The position numbers and the translations under genes were made by a program. This document shows positions 1-7,868 of a stretch of DNA of 64,000 bases, in pieces. Origin of the DNA: a virus; the IMG/VR virus record IMGVR_UViG_3300045988_183134, positions 1 through 64,000 of that record. One strand, given 5' to 3'. Every line of letters starts with the position of its first letter. The stretch's first letter is position 1. The notes beneath the pieces are model-generated. The model was not told the origin of the DNA. It did not search any database and saw only the letters and a program-made list of their open reading frames with translations.

Positions 1-28
1 AAGAAAACCATTATTGTCGGCCTATCAT

Positions 29-48
29 CCCACGGTTGAAACCGTGGG
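29..48 (+). other. 7-bp hairpin CCCACGG-TTGAAA-CCGTGGG, possible terminator of an upstream unit
   Basis: perfect inverted repeat read directly; only a weak T-tract follows. Confidence 0.3.
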
Positions 49-140
49 CTTTCCCGGCCTTCATTTTGTAAAGACAAAAAGCGTCTTCTCAGAGCAGGCT
101 GACCAAATGCTGTATCAGGTACGGCGCTTCGGGCAAAAAA

Positions 141-485
141 ATGGCCGTTGCCTACAGCATGACCCAGGATAGCAAGACGTCCGGGGAACAAGCCAAGTGC
201 CTAACGTTATTGGAATCCGCAGAACGTATCTTCTATGACCGACTGGATGACGCGATTCGCTCGGCTTCAATGTTTGATGAAACGGAATACAAGGCTTTCT
301 GTCTGGTCGAAGCGGCACGGCCGTCAGCTACCAGTGCCACTCGATGGATGAGGCGGTCGATATGGTCGCCGCCTTGTACAATGGCAGAAAAACAGAAGCA
401 GCGCAAGCATAACCATTCTGCAAAAATATATGCCGTTCACCTTTTTGGGTGGGCGGCTTTTTATTTTGTGAATACAGCAATCTGA
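141..485 (+). CDS. hypothetical protein, 3' end doubtful
   Basis: 114-aa ORF without clear RBS; its tail runs through the terminator at 432-462 and another frame (281-409) looks more protein-like, so a frameshift is possible. Confidence 0.3.
   Translation: MAVAYSMTQDSKTSGEQAKCLTLLESAERIFYDRLDDAIRSASMFDETEYKAFCLVEAARPSATSATRWMRRSIWSPPCTMAEKQKQRKHNHSAKIYAVHLFGWAAFYFVNTAI
432..462 (+). terminator. intrinsic terminator
   Basis: GCCGTTCACC/GGTGGGCGGC stem with two G.U pairs, followed by TTTTTATTTT. Confidence 0.6.
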
Positions 486-562
486 AGGATAAGCAAGCTG
501 ATTTTACCAGCAGTTTGATATTCTGCGGTATGATTTCCAGCAGTTTGATACTCTGTGGGCAG

Positions 563-590
563 TTGCACAGCCGTGCAAATTGCATACAAT
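563..590 (+). promoter_or_regulatory. dyad-box promoter, family copy
   Basis: TTGCAC agcc GTGCAAA ttgca TACAAT; perfect TTGCAC/GTGCAA dyad. Confidence 0.65.
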
Positions 591-933
591 GGGAATTGGA
601 AAACAAAAAGAGCGATGCAAGGCTGTATTTACAAAAAATCCTGTGAGCGTTTTTTAGTATTCATGAAACGACACGAAATTCAACAAAACGCGAAGAGAAT
701 ACAAGAAAAGACGAATGAAATCCGGCTGAGGCGGATAATACTTGTGCCGAGTAGTTTAAAGTCCGGACAATGGGACAGCTAAAGTGGTAAAATAAAACTA
801 GGAATACCTAAAATCAGATTTAACCGAAAAAACAAAAACCATGAATGAATAATTGGTTGCTAAAAAGTAACCGCTCGCTTTTATACCCAAACCAACAAAT
901 GACCCAAATCTGTTTAGGAAGGATAGGCACAAA

Positions 934-3099
934 ATGGCAAGAAGGAAAACAAACGACTTGGAAAATCAGATGTCGCTCATGGACATGATGGCATCGAAAA
1001 GCCCCGAATATACCGAAGAAGGCCCGGAAGAACTCTTGGACCCCGGCGAGGACATGGAGGACAGTGAAGGGCAGACGGATAAGCCCTTCAAACTCGTGGC
1101 GAACAAGACCACGAAGGCAAAGGCGAGCATCTCCACGCAGGCGTTGAGTGTTGTGAAGGCGGTATATGCTGATACGGTCGAAACGAATTGGGAAGAATTG
1201 TTTGACGGGTTCGACAGACTCTATGCTATCACTTTTTCGTCCGGTATCGAGTTCGTGAATAAGGTCATCAACAAGTTCTCGTATGCGGAAGTCGTGTTCG
1301 GATGCGAGAAAATCATCGCCAACGACATTGCTGCCATCATGTCGGTGCAAATCGACAGCGTGCAGCGGCTCGCTAAGTCTAAGTCGGCAGGAAACCTTGC
1401 GAACCGCCTCGATGACGGGTCCTTGCAGCTGTATGTATCGCGGGACACGAAATCGCACGAGAAAATCTTTATCTTGGAGAGCGCTGACCATAAGCGTGTC
1501 CGAGTCATCACCGGCAGTGCGAATATGTCGGCATCGGCGTTTTGCGGCATTCAGCGAGAGAATATCGTCTGCTTCGATGACGAGGCGGCATTTTCGCATT
1601 ACAAGGTTCTGTTCGAGACCTTCAAGGAGACCTGCTCCGACAATGTCTCCTATAAGGCAGTCGTGAACACCATGAACCAGGAAGATTATCTGAAAGAGAA
1701 CATCAAAGAAGTGCCCGTCTTTCAGTCTATTGAAAAGCAGAAGCTTGTCTTTCTGGAACAGGCACAGCCTGAGGATGAGGTCGAATACGAGATAGCTGCC
1801 GATGTCAAGAAAATGCAGGAACTCGTCAAGCCAATCATGCCTAAGATGCCGGTACAGGCGAATCGTATTGTAGTGGCAGCGGAACCGATGCGCGTTTTCG
1901 GGAAACGATATACCGAGGTGCGGCGTGTGGCAGCTGAGGCAGTTAAGCAGCTCCCGAAATTACATATCGACTATGATGCCGGGACCATGACCTTCAACGA
2001 CGAGAATATCGACCTCAATCCGAATCTCAGCGAGGTGGCAAAGAACATCAAGAGCATCCAGAAGTTCTTCTCAGGCATGGACTACTTTTACGGCGATGTC
2101 GAACAGGCCAAGAAGGACTACTTCAAGTACATGACCTGGTATCTGGCTACTCCGTTCATGGCGTATCTGCGGTATTTCGCATCGAGGAACAACTACGATA
2201 CGAAGCTGTTCCCGATGTACGGCGTTATATACGGCGACTCAAACGGCGGCAAGACGACCTTTATAAAATTTCTTGTCAAACTCATGTGCGGTGAGACCGT
2301 TAAGATGAACACGACGGAGGATTTCACAGCCACAAGAATCGACGGCCTCAAACGAGTTTGTGAGGGACTGCCGCTGAACATCGACGACCTCGCCAAGACC
2401 CAGTTTCAGAACCATTCAGAACGGGTAATCAAGAACGATGAATGGGGTATCTCGGACAGGCTCGTGAACTATCCTGCTGTATCTATCACATCGAATAAAA
2501 TTACCTCGCTGACAAAAGACCTCTCGAAACGTGCTATCATCTGTCGAATTGGTGCTAAAATCGACAACGAGCGCGGTGCCAAGAACTCGAAGCGTGTGAA
2601 TGAGAGTATGTCGGAGCTGACAACCGCGTTCTATGGCGAATATGTCCGCCGAATGCTTGTTTGCATCGATGAGATGACGACGGAAATGCGTGAAAATGCG
2701 AATGGCAAGGAATACTTCCCGGATATCTTCCACGCTTCGTCTAGTGTCATTGCAGATATCTTCGAGGCATGCGGAATCGATTTGCCGGACTATGTGCGTA
2801 TCCTGTACTATAACGACTATATGGGTGATGAGAGCATTGGTCGTGCTGCAATTGAGAAAATCGAACTGGCATGGCAGGCTGACCCGAGCAAGTTCCGGGT
2901 CGATAAGAAGCAGAACAGGCTCATTTACTCCTATCCGCCGGATGGACCGTGGTACGAACTGAAATACATTGCAGATGAGCTGCCGAACTCCCTCGAAGCA
3001 GAGATTTCTGGCGGCAACCAGCTTATCATGAACTACGAGCAGGCACAGGAATTGTTCGGCATCAAGTTTCGGCGCTGGCTGGGCATCTTTAACCTCTAA
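934..3099 (+). CDS. PLD-family (HKD) nuclease domain fused to P-loop NTPase (D5/SF3-helicase-like)
   Basis: 721-aa ORF with GGAAGGA RBS; HEKIFIL..GSANMSASAF matches HxK..GSxN; GDSNGGKTT Walker A. Confidence 0.75.
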   Translation: MARRKTNDLENQMSLMDMMASKSPEYTEEGPEELLDPGEDMEDSEGQTDKPFKLVANKTTKAKASISTQALSVVKAVYADTVETNWEELFDGFDRLYAITFSSGIEFVNKVINKFSYAEVVFGCEKIIANDIAAIMSVQIDSVQRLAKSKSAGNLANRLDDGSLQLYVSRDTKSHEKIFILESADHKRVRVITGSANMSASAFCGIQRENIVCFDDEAAFSHYKVLFETFKETCSDNVSYKAVVNTMNQEDYLKENIKEVPVFQSIEKQKLVFLEQAQPEDEVEYEIAADVKKMQELVKPIMPKMPVQANRIVVAAEPMRVFGKRYTEVRRVAAEAVKQLPKLHIDYDAGTMTFNDENIDLNPNLSEVAKNIKSIQKFFSGMDYFYGDVEQAKKDYFKYMTWYLATPFMAYLRYFASRNNYDTKLFPMYGVIYGDSNGGKTTFIKFLVKLMCGETVKMNTTEDFTATRIDGLKRVCEGLPLNIDDLAKTQFQNHSERVIKNDEWGISDRLVNYPAVSITSNKITSLTKDLSKRAIICRIGAKIDNERGAKNSKRVNESMSELTTAFYGEYVRRMLVCIDEMTTEMRENANGKEYFPDIFHASSSVIADIFEACGIDLPDYVRILYYNDYMGDESIGRAAIEKIELAWQADPSKFRVDKKQNRLIYSYPPDGPWYELKYIADELPNSLEAEISGGNQLIMNYEQAQELFGIKFRRWLGIFNL

Positions 3100-3106
3100 T
3101 ATGCAT

Positions 3107-3139
3107 GGCAGGTTCTTTTCGGAGCCTGCCTTCTTATTT
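3107..3139 (+). terminator. intrinsic terminator
   Basis: GGCAGG..CCTGCC hairpin followed by TTCTTATTT, directly after the stop at 3099. Confidence 0.65.
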
Positions 3140-3150
3140 CGCAAAAATAG

Positions 3151-3178
3151 TTGCCCATTTGTGCGAATTGCAGACAAT
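3151..3178 (+). promoter_or_regulatory. dyad-box promoter, family copy
   Basis: TTGCCC attt GTGCGAA ttgca GACAAT. Confidence 0.6.
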
Positions 3179-3261
3179 CAGAAATAAAGCATAAAGCAAA
3201 GGAGCTGAGTACCATCTCAAAATTTGCAAGCAAAAAGTTGATTGAGCGAAATTGGAATATC

Positions 3262-3729
3262 ATGAAAGACTACGGCAACGGCTATTCCATTGAGGAGCTT
3301 GCCGCAAAATACAGGTTGAGCGTCCGTACATGCTATCGAGCGTTAGACGACGCGAAACAGGAGGCCAGAATTCAGTTGGCGCAGGTAGAGGATGCTAGAA
3401 AGGCCGAAATTCTTGCGGCATACAAGAACAGTGTCCCTCTCAAGGAAATGATTGCGAAATTTAACGTGGCAGAAGGATATTGCAGCATGGTTGCCAACGA
3501 TGCGGGCCTGACTGAAAACCGTAGAAATGAGCGCATCAAAATTAGACAAAGACCGCGCAATGAGAATATCTTTCGAGAATATGAGAGTGGCGTACCGGTG
3601 CAGAAACTATCCGAAAAATATCAGCTCTCGGTTCCTGGTATTTACAAGGTTATCCAGCGAGTGAGAAGGCAAAAGGAGGCGATGAGTCTTGCAATGGATT
3701 GTGAAGCAAACCAAATCGAAAGGATATGA
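3262..3729 (+). CDS. tandem-HTH protein (3 HTH repeats), paralog of 36948-38941
   Basis: the track ORF starts inside the promoter, so the first ATG after it (3262) is used; repeats such as YSIEELAAKYRLSVRTCYRAL and VPVQKLSEKYQLSVPGIYKVI. Confidence 0.6.
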   Translation: MKDYGNGYSIEELAAKYRLSVRTCYRALDDAKQEARIQLAQVEDARKAEILAAYKNSVPLKEMIAKFNVAEGYCSMVANDAGLTENRRNERIKIRQRPRNENIFREYESGVPVQKLSEKYQLSVPGIYKVIQRVRRQKEAMSLAMDCEANQIERI

Positions 3730-4327
3730 GTTCACCTTCGATATCGTGAAAGGCAAGGCCGTTATCGGGCAGGCACACTATATCCCGAAATTGCTACGGC
3801 AGGGTTATGGCATCCGGCTGAATGATTCCAAGTTTCTGCTGCAATACATGCCAGCTGCTGACGCAAGGGCGTACATGCGCGGCATCAACACGAAAGATAT
3901 TCTGAGACACCCTTTTGCTATCCGTGAGAACAACTGCACGGTAGGCGAAATTTCCGTCATCCATACAAAAACCGGATTCCTCCAAGGATACAATTCTATC
4001 GCCATGCAGCTGTATGGCGAGGAATACCAGAGCTACAAAATTGGCTTTGGAAAAGAAGGAGTATGCTGCCCTGTATTCCTTTGCGGACAGCAAATCGCCC
4101 AAATCAATAAGAGCGCGGTGGTCAAGGATAATCTGGATGAATACCTGATTTACGCAGTGAATGAAAAGGCACTGATGCCGTCCGTCATGTTCGCCATTTA
4201 TATTGATGGAATATACTACGCAAACCGAGGCATGTATGTGGATGACGCAACGACTATCAACTGCGAATACAGCTTGAACGAGGAAGTCCTGTCCCACTAC
4301 GACCCGAATTTTGTCAAAGGACTATGA
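3689..4327 (+). CDS. hypothetical protein
   Basis: 212-aa ORF, TTG start 10 nt after AAGGAGG, overlaps the end of the preceding gene. Confidence 0.5.
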   Translation: MQWIVKQTKSKGYEFTFDIVKGKAVIGQAHYIPKLLRQGYGIRLNDSKFLLQYMPAADARAYMRGINTKDILRHPFAIRENNCTVGEISVIHTKTGFLQGYNSIAMQLYGEEYQSYKIGFGKEGVCCPVFLCGQQIAQINKSAVVKDNLDEYLIYAVNEKALMPSVMFAIYIDGIYYANRGMYVDDATTINCEYSLNEEVLSHYDPNFVKGL

Positions 4328-4360
4328 CTCCGATAACTGGTATTCACAGACAATATCATG

Positions 4361-4388
4361 TTGCGAAACTGTGCGAATTGCAGACAAT
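4361..4388 (+). promoter_or_regulatory. dyad-box promoter, family copy
   Basis: TTGCGA aact GTGCGAA ttgca GACAAT. Confidence 0.6.
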
Positions 4389-4427
4389 TAAAAGTGAATG
4401 AATTACAAAAGCTACAGAGGATAAACA

Positions 4428-5027
4428 ATGAGCTATGAACCCATTATCACACCGGGCAGGAATTTCTTTCTTGTCTCGACGGAGTACAAAGAGAGCTGCT
4501 CTGCCTGGTGCCGCAAGCAAATTAGAGCGACACTGAGGACCTGTCAGGGACGAGTCATCATCATTGATGCAACGGGCGAGTACGCGGACTTGGCGCTTGA
4601 ACATGACAGATTGATTCGAGAGAAAATCCCGTCCATCATTTATCGGTATAAGCTGGTGGACGGGAAACCGTATATTGCTCATGTCATTGAAGTTGATACG
4701 GAAGCAAATGAAGCACCGCACCTGATTGTATACGATATCAGCCGGACCATAATCACCAGCTGGAAGGTCGGCGTAGAGGCAATTGATAAAATCCTGCAAT
4801 CCTATGCCGTGATGCAGGACAGTGAAATCGCGTGGCTGTATGTTCCGCTGGACTTATATACCAATGTCAAGCCCGAAAGCGAATCCTGGAACATTTTGGA
4901 ACGAACTATCAAGGGTAATGAAGGCAAGCTCATGACAGTACTGACGACTCGCAAATTCACCATTGGGATGGTCCAGCGCTGTTTACATATGGCAAAAATC
5001 AAAAATAATTTGGAGGATAACAAATGA
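4428..5027 (+). CDS. hypothetical protein
   Basis: 199-aa ORF with GAGGA RBS; stop overlaps the next start (ATGA). Confidence 0.65.
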   Translation: MSYEPIITPGRNFFLVSTEYKESCSAWCRKQIRATLRTCQGRVIIIDATGEYADLALEHDRLIREKIPSIIYRYKLVDGKPYIAHVIEVDTEANEAPHLIVYDISRTIITSWKVGVEAIDKILQSYAVMQDSEIAWLYVPLDLYTNVKPESESWNILERTIKGNEGKLMTVLTTRKFTIGMVQRCLHMAKIKNNLEDNK

Positions 5028-5911
5028 CCAATGAACAGCTGAGAATCGCATTGACGGCGAATGCCGTTACCAAACAAACCCGAAACCATTTTGGATTCAG
5101 TGACCCGTGTGGAAAAACGCTGGAAGAATACAACAAGTCCGCGATGCTGTGCTGCATGACAGCGGCGCAGAGAATGAACACGCCGGGTTTTGAGCGTGTT
5201 TTGGCTGCGCAGATTTTTCCCTGCTTTACCATTGGCTGCTGGAATCAGACGAAGACGGTCTATGATTTTGACTACGAGTTTCAGAAAATGCTGATGGATA
5301 CGGATGACGTGGCAATTCATCAGGATATCCTGCAGCGACTCCCGGTTCGTGATTTCTTTATCCCGGTGTATGACAGCTACGACTACAACGGTATGTTCGT
5401 GCATGTGGAATTCGACGAAAAAGAGAAAACCACAGCTTTCGGTATCGTTCTTGTCGGCCCCACTAAGGGCAGCCACGATGATTTCACGTTCCTGACTCTG
5501 CCTGCCTGGGCCAAGGAAAATCAGAGTTTGACGGAAGCAACCCGGAGTACGAAAGAATATCTGGAAAAGGCAGCAGGACAGCGGCAAGTGAACGGTATCA
5601 GTGTTCCGGCCGTAATGGAAGAAGTGCCTTCGGTCTTTGACGACGGAACGCCTTATGTCCGGCTGGCAATCCTGTGCGCCAACTATCTTGCCAGCAAGAA
5701 CCCTGATGTCCGCTTGGAAACTTCCAAAAAGCGTGACCGCCCGGTATTCGTGTTTCAGGGAAAGGCACAGCGCATCAACATTAAACCGTATACCGTTGGT
5801 GAGAATGCGGCCAAAGAATACAAAAAGAATGGGGAAGGCAAACCCCCCCGCTGGCGGCATTACTGGTGCGGCAATGGCCGGGAACGCCGGGAATGCAAGT
5901 TTATTTACTGA
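5024..5911 (+). CDS. hypothetical protein, His/Trp-motif paralog family (copy 1)
   Basis: 295 aa; shares DFF.P..D..Y.GMFVHVEFD, YL.IA...YLASKN and C-terminal RWRHYWCGNGR with 48408-49484. Confidence 0.7.
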   Translation: MTNEQLRIALTANAVTKQTRNHFGFSDPCGKTLEEYNKSAMLCCMTAAQRMNTPGFERVLAAQIFPCFTIGCWNQTKTVYDFDYEFQKMLMDTDDVAIHQDILQRLPVRDFFIPVYDSYDYNGMFVHVEFDEKEKTTAFGIVLVGPTKGSHDDFTFLTLPAWAKENQSLTEATRSTKEYLEKAAGQRQVNGISVPAVMEEVPSVFDDGTPYVRLAILCANYLASKNPDVRLETSKKRDRPVFVFQGKAQRINIKPYTVGENAAKEYKKNGEGKPPRWRHYWCGNGRERRECKFIY

Positions 5912-5929
5912 TGGCGGTGAGGGTGAATC

Positions 5930-6637
5930 ATGGCTCCCCATACTTATCAGGACCCGATTGGGTTCTATGAATGGTTCGATGACCTTCCTTATGCTATCCA
6001 GGATAGTATTCTGAAACACCTGCCGCATATGGAAGGCGAGGAATGGCTCATTGTCATTATCCTTGCAGCTCTTCTTCTGATGATTCTGGTTTCAGCGTAT
6101 CTGGGCTTTGCAAGACATAATGTCAAAAAAACGAGTGAACGACTCAACGCTTTGAAAGAGCTGAACAACACGACTGAATTCATGCCGGTCGAGGCGCAGT
6201 ACCGCTACTATCTACGTTCTGATACGAAGCTGGAATACGAGGAGTTCTCGCTCCCGAAGTTCTTTCGCCGTGAAGTGAGGGAAAACTTCAAGCTGTACAA
6301 TACCCTGCTTGGCAATGCTCGGGCAAACACGGTATTGTATGAAACATACGGCCGCGAAATCCAGGAACTCCCGGATTGGACAGAATCGGATGACGATTGC
6401 GGGCGGCATATCCCGTGCTTTCTCTACCACAACATCGAGAAAGAGTTGTACGATGAAACTGTCCTGGACTGCCCTGTAACGAGCCCTGAGTTTGTCTGTA
6501 CGAAAAGCTATCTGCCCAAAGATGCCAAAGAGCCGATTGAGACGGAAGAAACCTATACGCTGGAAGAGCTCGAAGAGTACATACGCCGCTTGAAGGTTGC
6601 AGCCGATGTCAAGAAGAACAGCCAGAACGCAGGCTGA
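5930..6637 (+). CDS. single-pass membrane protein, HNH-less paralog of 22184-23020
   Basis: GAGGGTG RBS; TM segment WLIVIILAALLLMILVSAYLGF; collinear similarity to the N-terminal 200 aa of the TM-HNH protein. Confidence 0.65.
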   Translation: MAPHTYQDPIGFYEWFDDLPYAIQDSILKHLPHMEGEEWLIVIILAALLLMILVSAYLGFARHNVKKTSERLNALKELNNTTEFMPVEAQYRYYLRSDTKLEYEEFSLPKFFRREVRENFKLYNTLLGNARANTVLYETYGREIQELPDWTESDDDCGRHIPCFLYHNIEKELYDETVLDCPVTSPEFVCTKSYLPKDAKEPIETEETYTLEELEEYIRRLKVAADVKKNSQNAG

Positions 6638-6777
6638 AAAAAAGTCAGCAGCCATAAGCAAGAGGCAGGGCCCTGTGTTTCATGGTTCCAGAACGTCTTC
6701 CCACCTTAATTTTACCAGTACTTTGATATTTTGTGGCCATTGACAAACGGCGCAAAAGGTGCTTGGGTTAAAAGCCC

Positions 6778-6805
6778 TTGCAAAAAAGTGCAATATCCAT
6801 ATAAT
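6778..6805 (+). promoter_or_regulatory. dyad-box promoter, family copy
   Basis: TTGCAA aaaa GTGCAAT atcca TATAAT. Confidence 0.55.
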
Positions 6806-6832
6806 AAGAAATCCAAAAGGGAGATACACATT

Positions 6833-7441
6833 ATGAGTGAACAGAAAGAAAATGCTCAGCTCGAAGCTTATCGGAAGCTCGTTGAAGATTTCAAGCGCTT
6901 CGTCAGTTCTGAAATTCGGGCAGAAGAGAACAGCTACAGGATTGTGGACATGACTTCCGAAGATGCCGAAATCGATGACCCGAGCGTTCCGGTGACTCAA
7001 CTGGAGGACGAAAAAGCAGAGAAGCTTGCCGGTATTTGCATGGACCTGTCCAATGCCACGCTGTGGCTCTACTACAACCGTGACAAATTTGCAAACGTCG
7101 AGTTTATGCCCCTGACTGATGAAACTCTGAAAGAATACCAGAAGCAGGCTCAGAATGCTCTGAATGAACCGAAGAGCCCTCTGTATCTGAAATCCTGGTA
7201 TCAGCTCATTGAAATGTTGAGTCAGGAATGTATCCCGCAGCGCTACGAGGACGACGGTCAGCGATATACAGACGTCTATGTGAACACCTATATGCTCATG
7301 TACCTGACCATGACCCGACTCAAGAACGGCGGAACCTTTACACGCCTTGCAAACGGGCAGGGAAGCGATGCTGTGAAAATCACGACCATCGCAATGTACT
7401 ACTTCTCCAGCCTTTTGACGGTTCTCTGCACTGAATATTAA
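6833..7441 (+). CDS. hypothetical protein
   Basis: start moved to the ATG after the GGGAGA RBS, downstream of the promoter; 202 aa. Confidence 0.65.
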   Translation: MSEQKENAQLEAYRKLVEDFKRFVSSEIRAEENSYRIVDMTSEDAEIDDPSVPVTQLEDEKAEKLAGICMDLSNATLWLYYNRDKFANVEFMPLTDETLKEYQKQAQNALNEPKSPLYLKSWYQLIEMLSQECIPQRYEDDGQRYTDVYVNTYMLMYLTMTRLKNGGTFTRLANGQGSDAVKITTIAMYYFSSLLTVLCTEY

Positions 7442-7450
7442 GAAATTTTT

Positions 7451-7488
7451 TCCCGTGTGAGCAGCGACGCTCATGCGGGAATTTTTTT
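7451..7488 (+). terminator. intrinsic terminator
   Basis: TCCCGTGTGAGC..GCTCATGCGGGA hairpin followed by ATTTTTTT. Confidence 0.65.
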
Positions 7489-7499
7489 GTAATTTTCTA

Positions 7500-7527
7500 T
7501 TGTCAATCTGTGCGAATTGCGTACAAT
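7500..7527 (+). promoter_or_regulatory. dyad-box promoter, family copy
   Basis: TTGTCA atct GTGCGAA ttgcg TACAAT. Confidence 0.65.
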
Positions 7528-7593
7528 GAAAAATATAAGCCAAAAATATATCTTATCGTTGTCCCGCATGAGTTGATTGTGCGGGACTTTTTT
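7528..7593 (+). terminator. promoter-proximal leader ending in an intrinsic terminator (not homologous to the cassette family)
   Basis: GTCCCGCA..TGCGGGAC hairpin at 7561-7587 followed by TTTTTT, between the promoter and the RBS of 7616. Confidence 0.6.
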
Positions 7594-7615
7594 GTTTGCG
7601 GAAAGGAAATGCACT

Positions 7616-7813
7616 ATGTACGGTTTATCAGAAGAAAGCTTAACGATTGTTGGTGTTATTTTGATTGTGGTTGGTGTCGCTATGATTGGTTGGGGATTTG
7701 AATGGAATCAGGACATTACCAATGATAAACGGGTCGGAACCGTTGTCAGAGACATTGGCGTTATGGTTTTGGCAACCGGCATTATATTTGTGATGCAGCG
7801 GGCAATGAACTAA
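7616..7813 (+). CDS. small membrane protein (2 predicted TM segments)
   Basis: ATG after GGAAAGGAAA; IVGVILIVVGVAMIGWGF and VGVMVLATGIIFV hydrophobic stretches. Confidence 0.55.
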   Translation: MYGLSEESLTIVGVILIVVGVAMIGWGFEWNQDITNDKRVGTVVRDIGVMVLATGIIFVMQRAMN

Positions 7814-7827
7814 ATTGAGAAAAAGTA

Positions 7828-7859
7828 AGGCAGGCTCATTTCGGGCCTGCTTGTTTTTT
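7828..7859 (+). terminator. intrinsic terminator
   Basis: AAGGCAGGC..GCCTGCTT hairpin followed by GTTTTTT; same stem type as the cassette terminators. Confidence 0.65.
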
Positions 7860-7868
7860 GGGTGAAAT

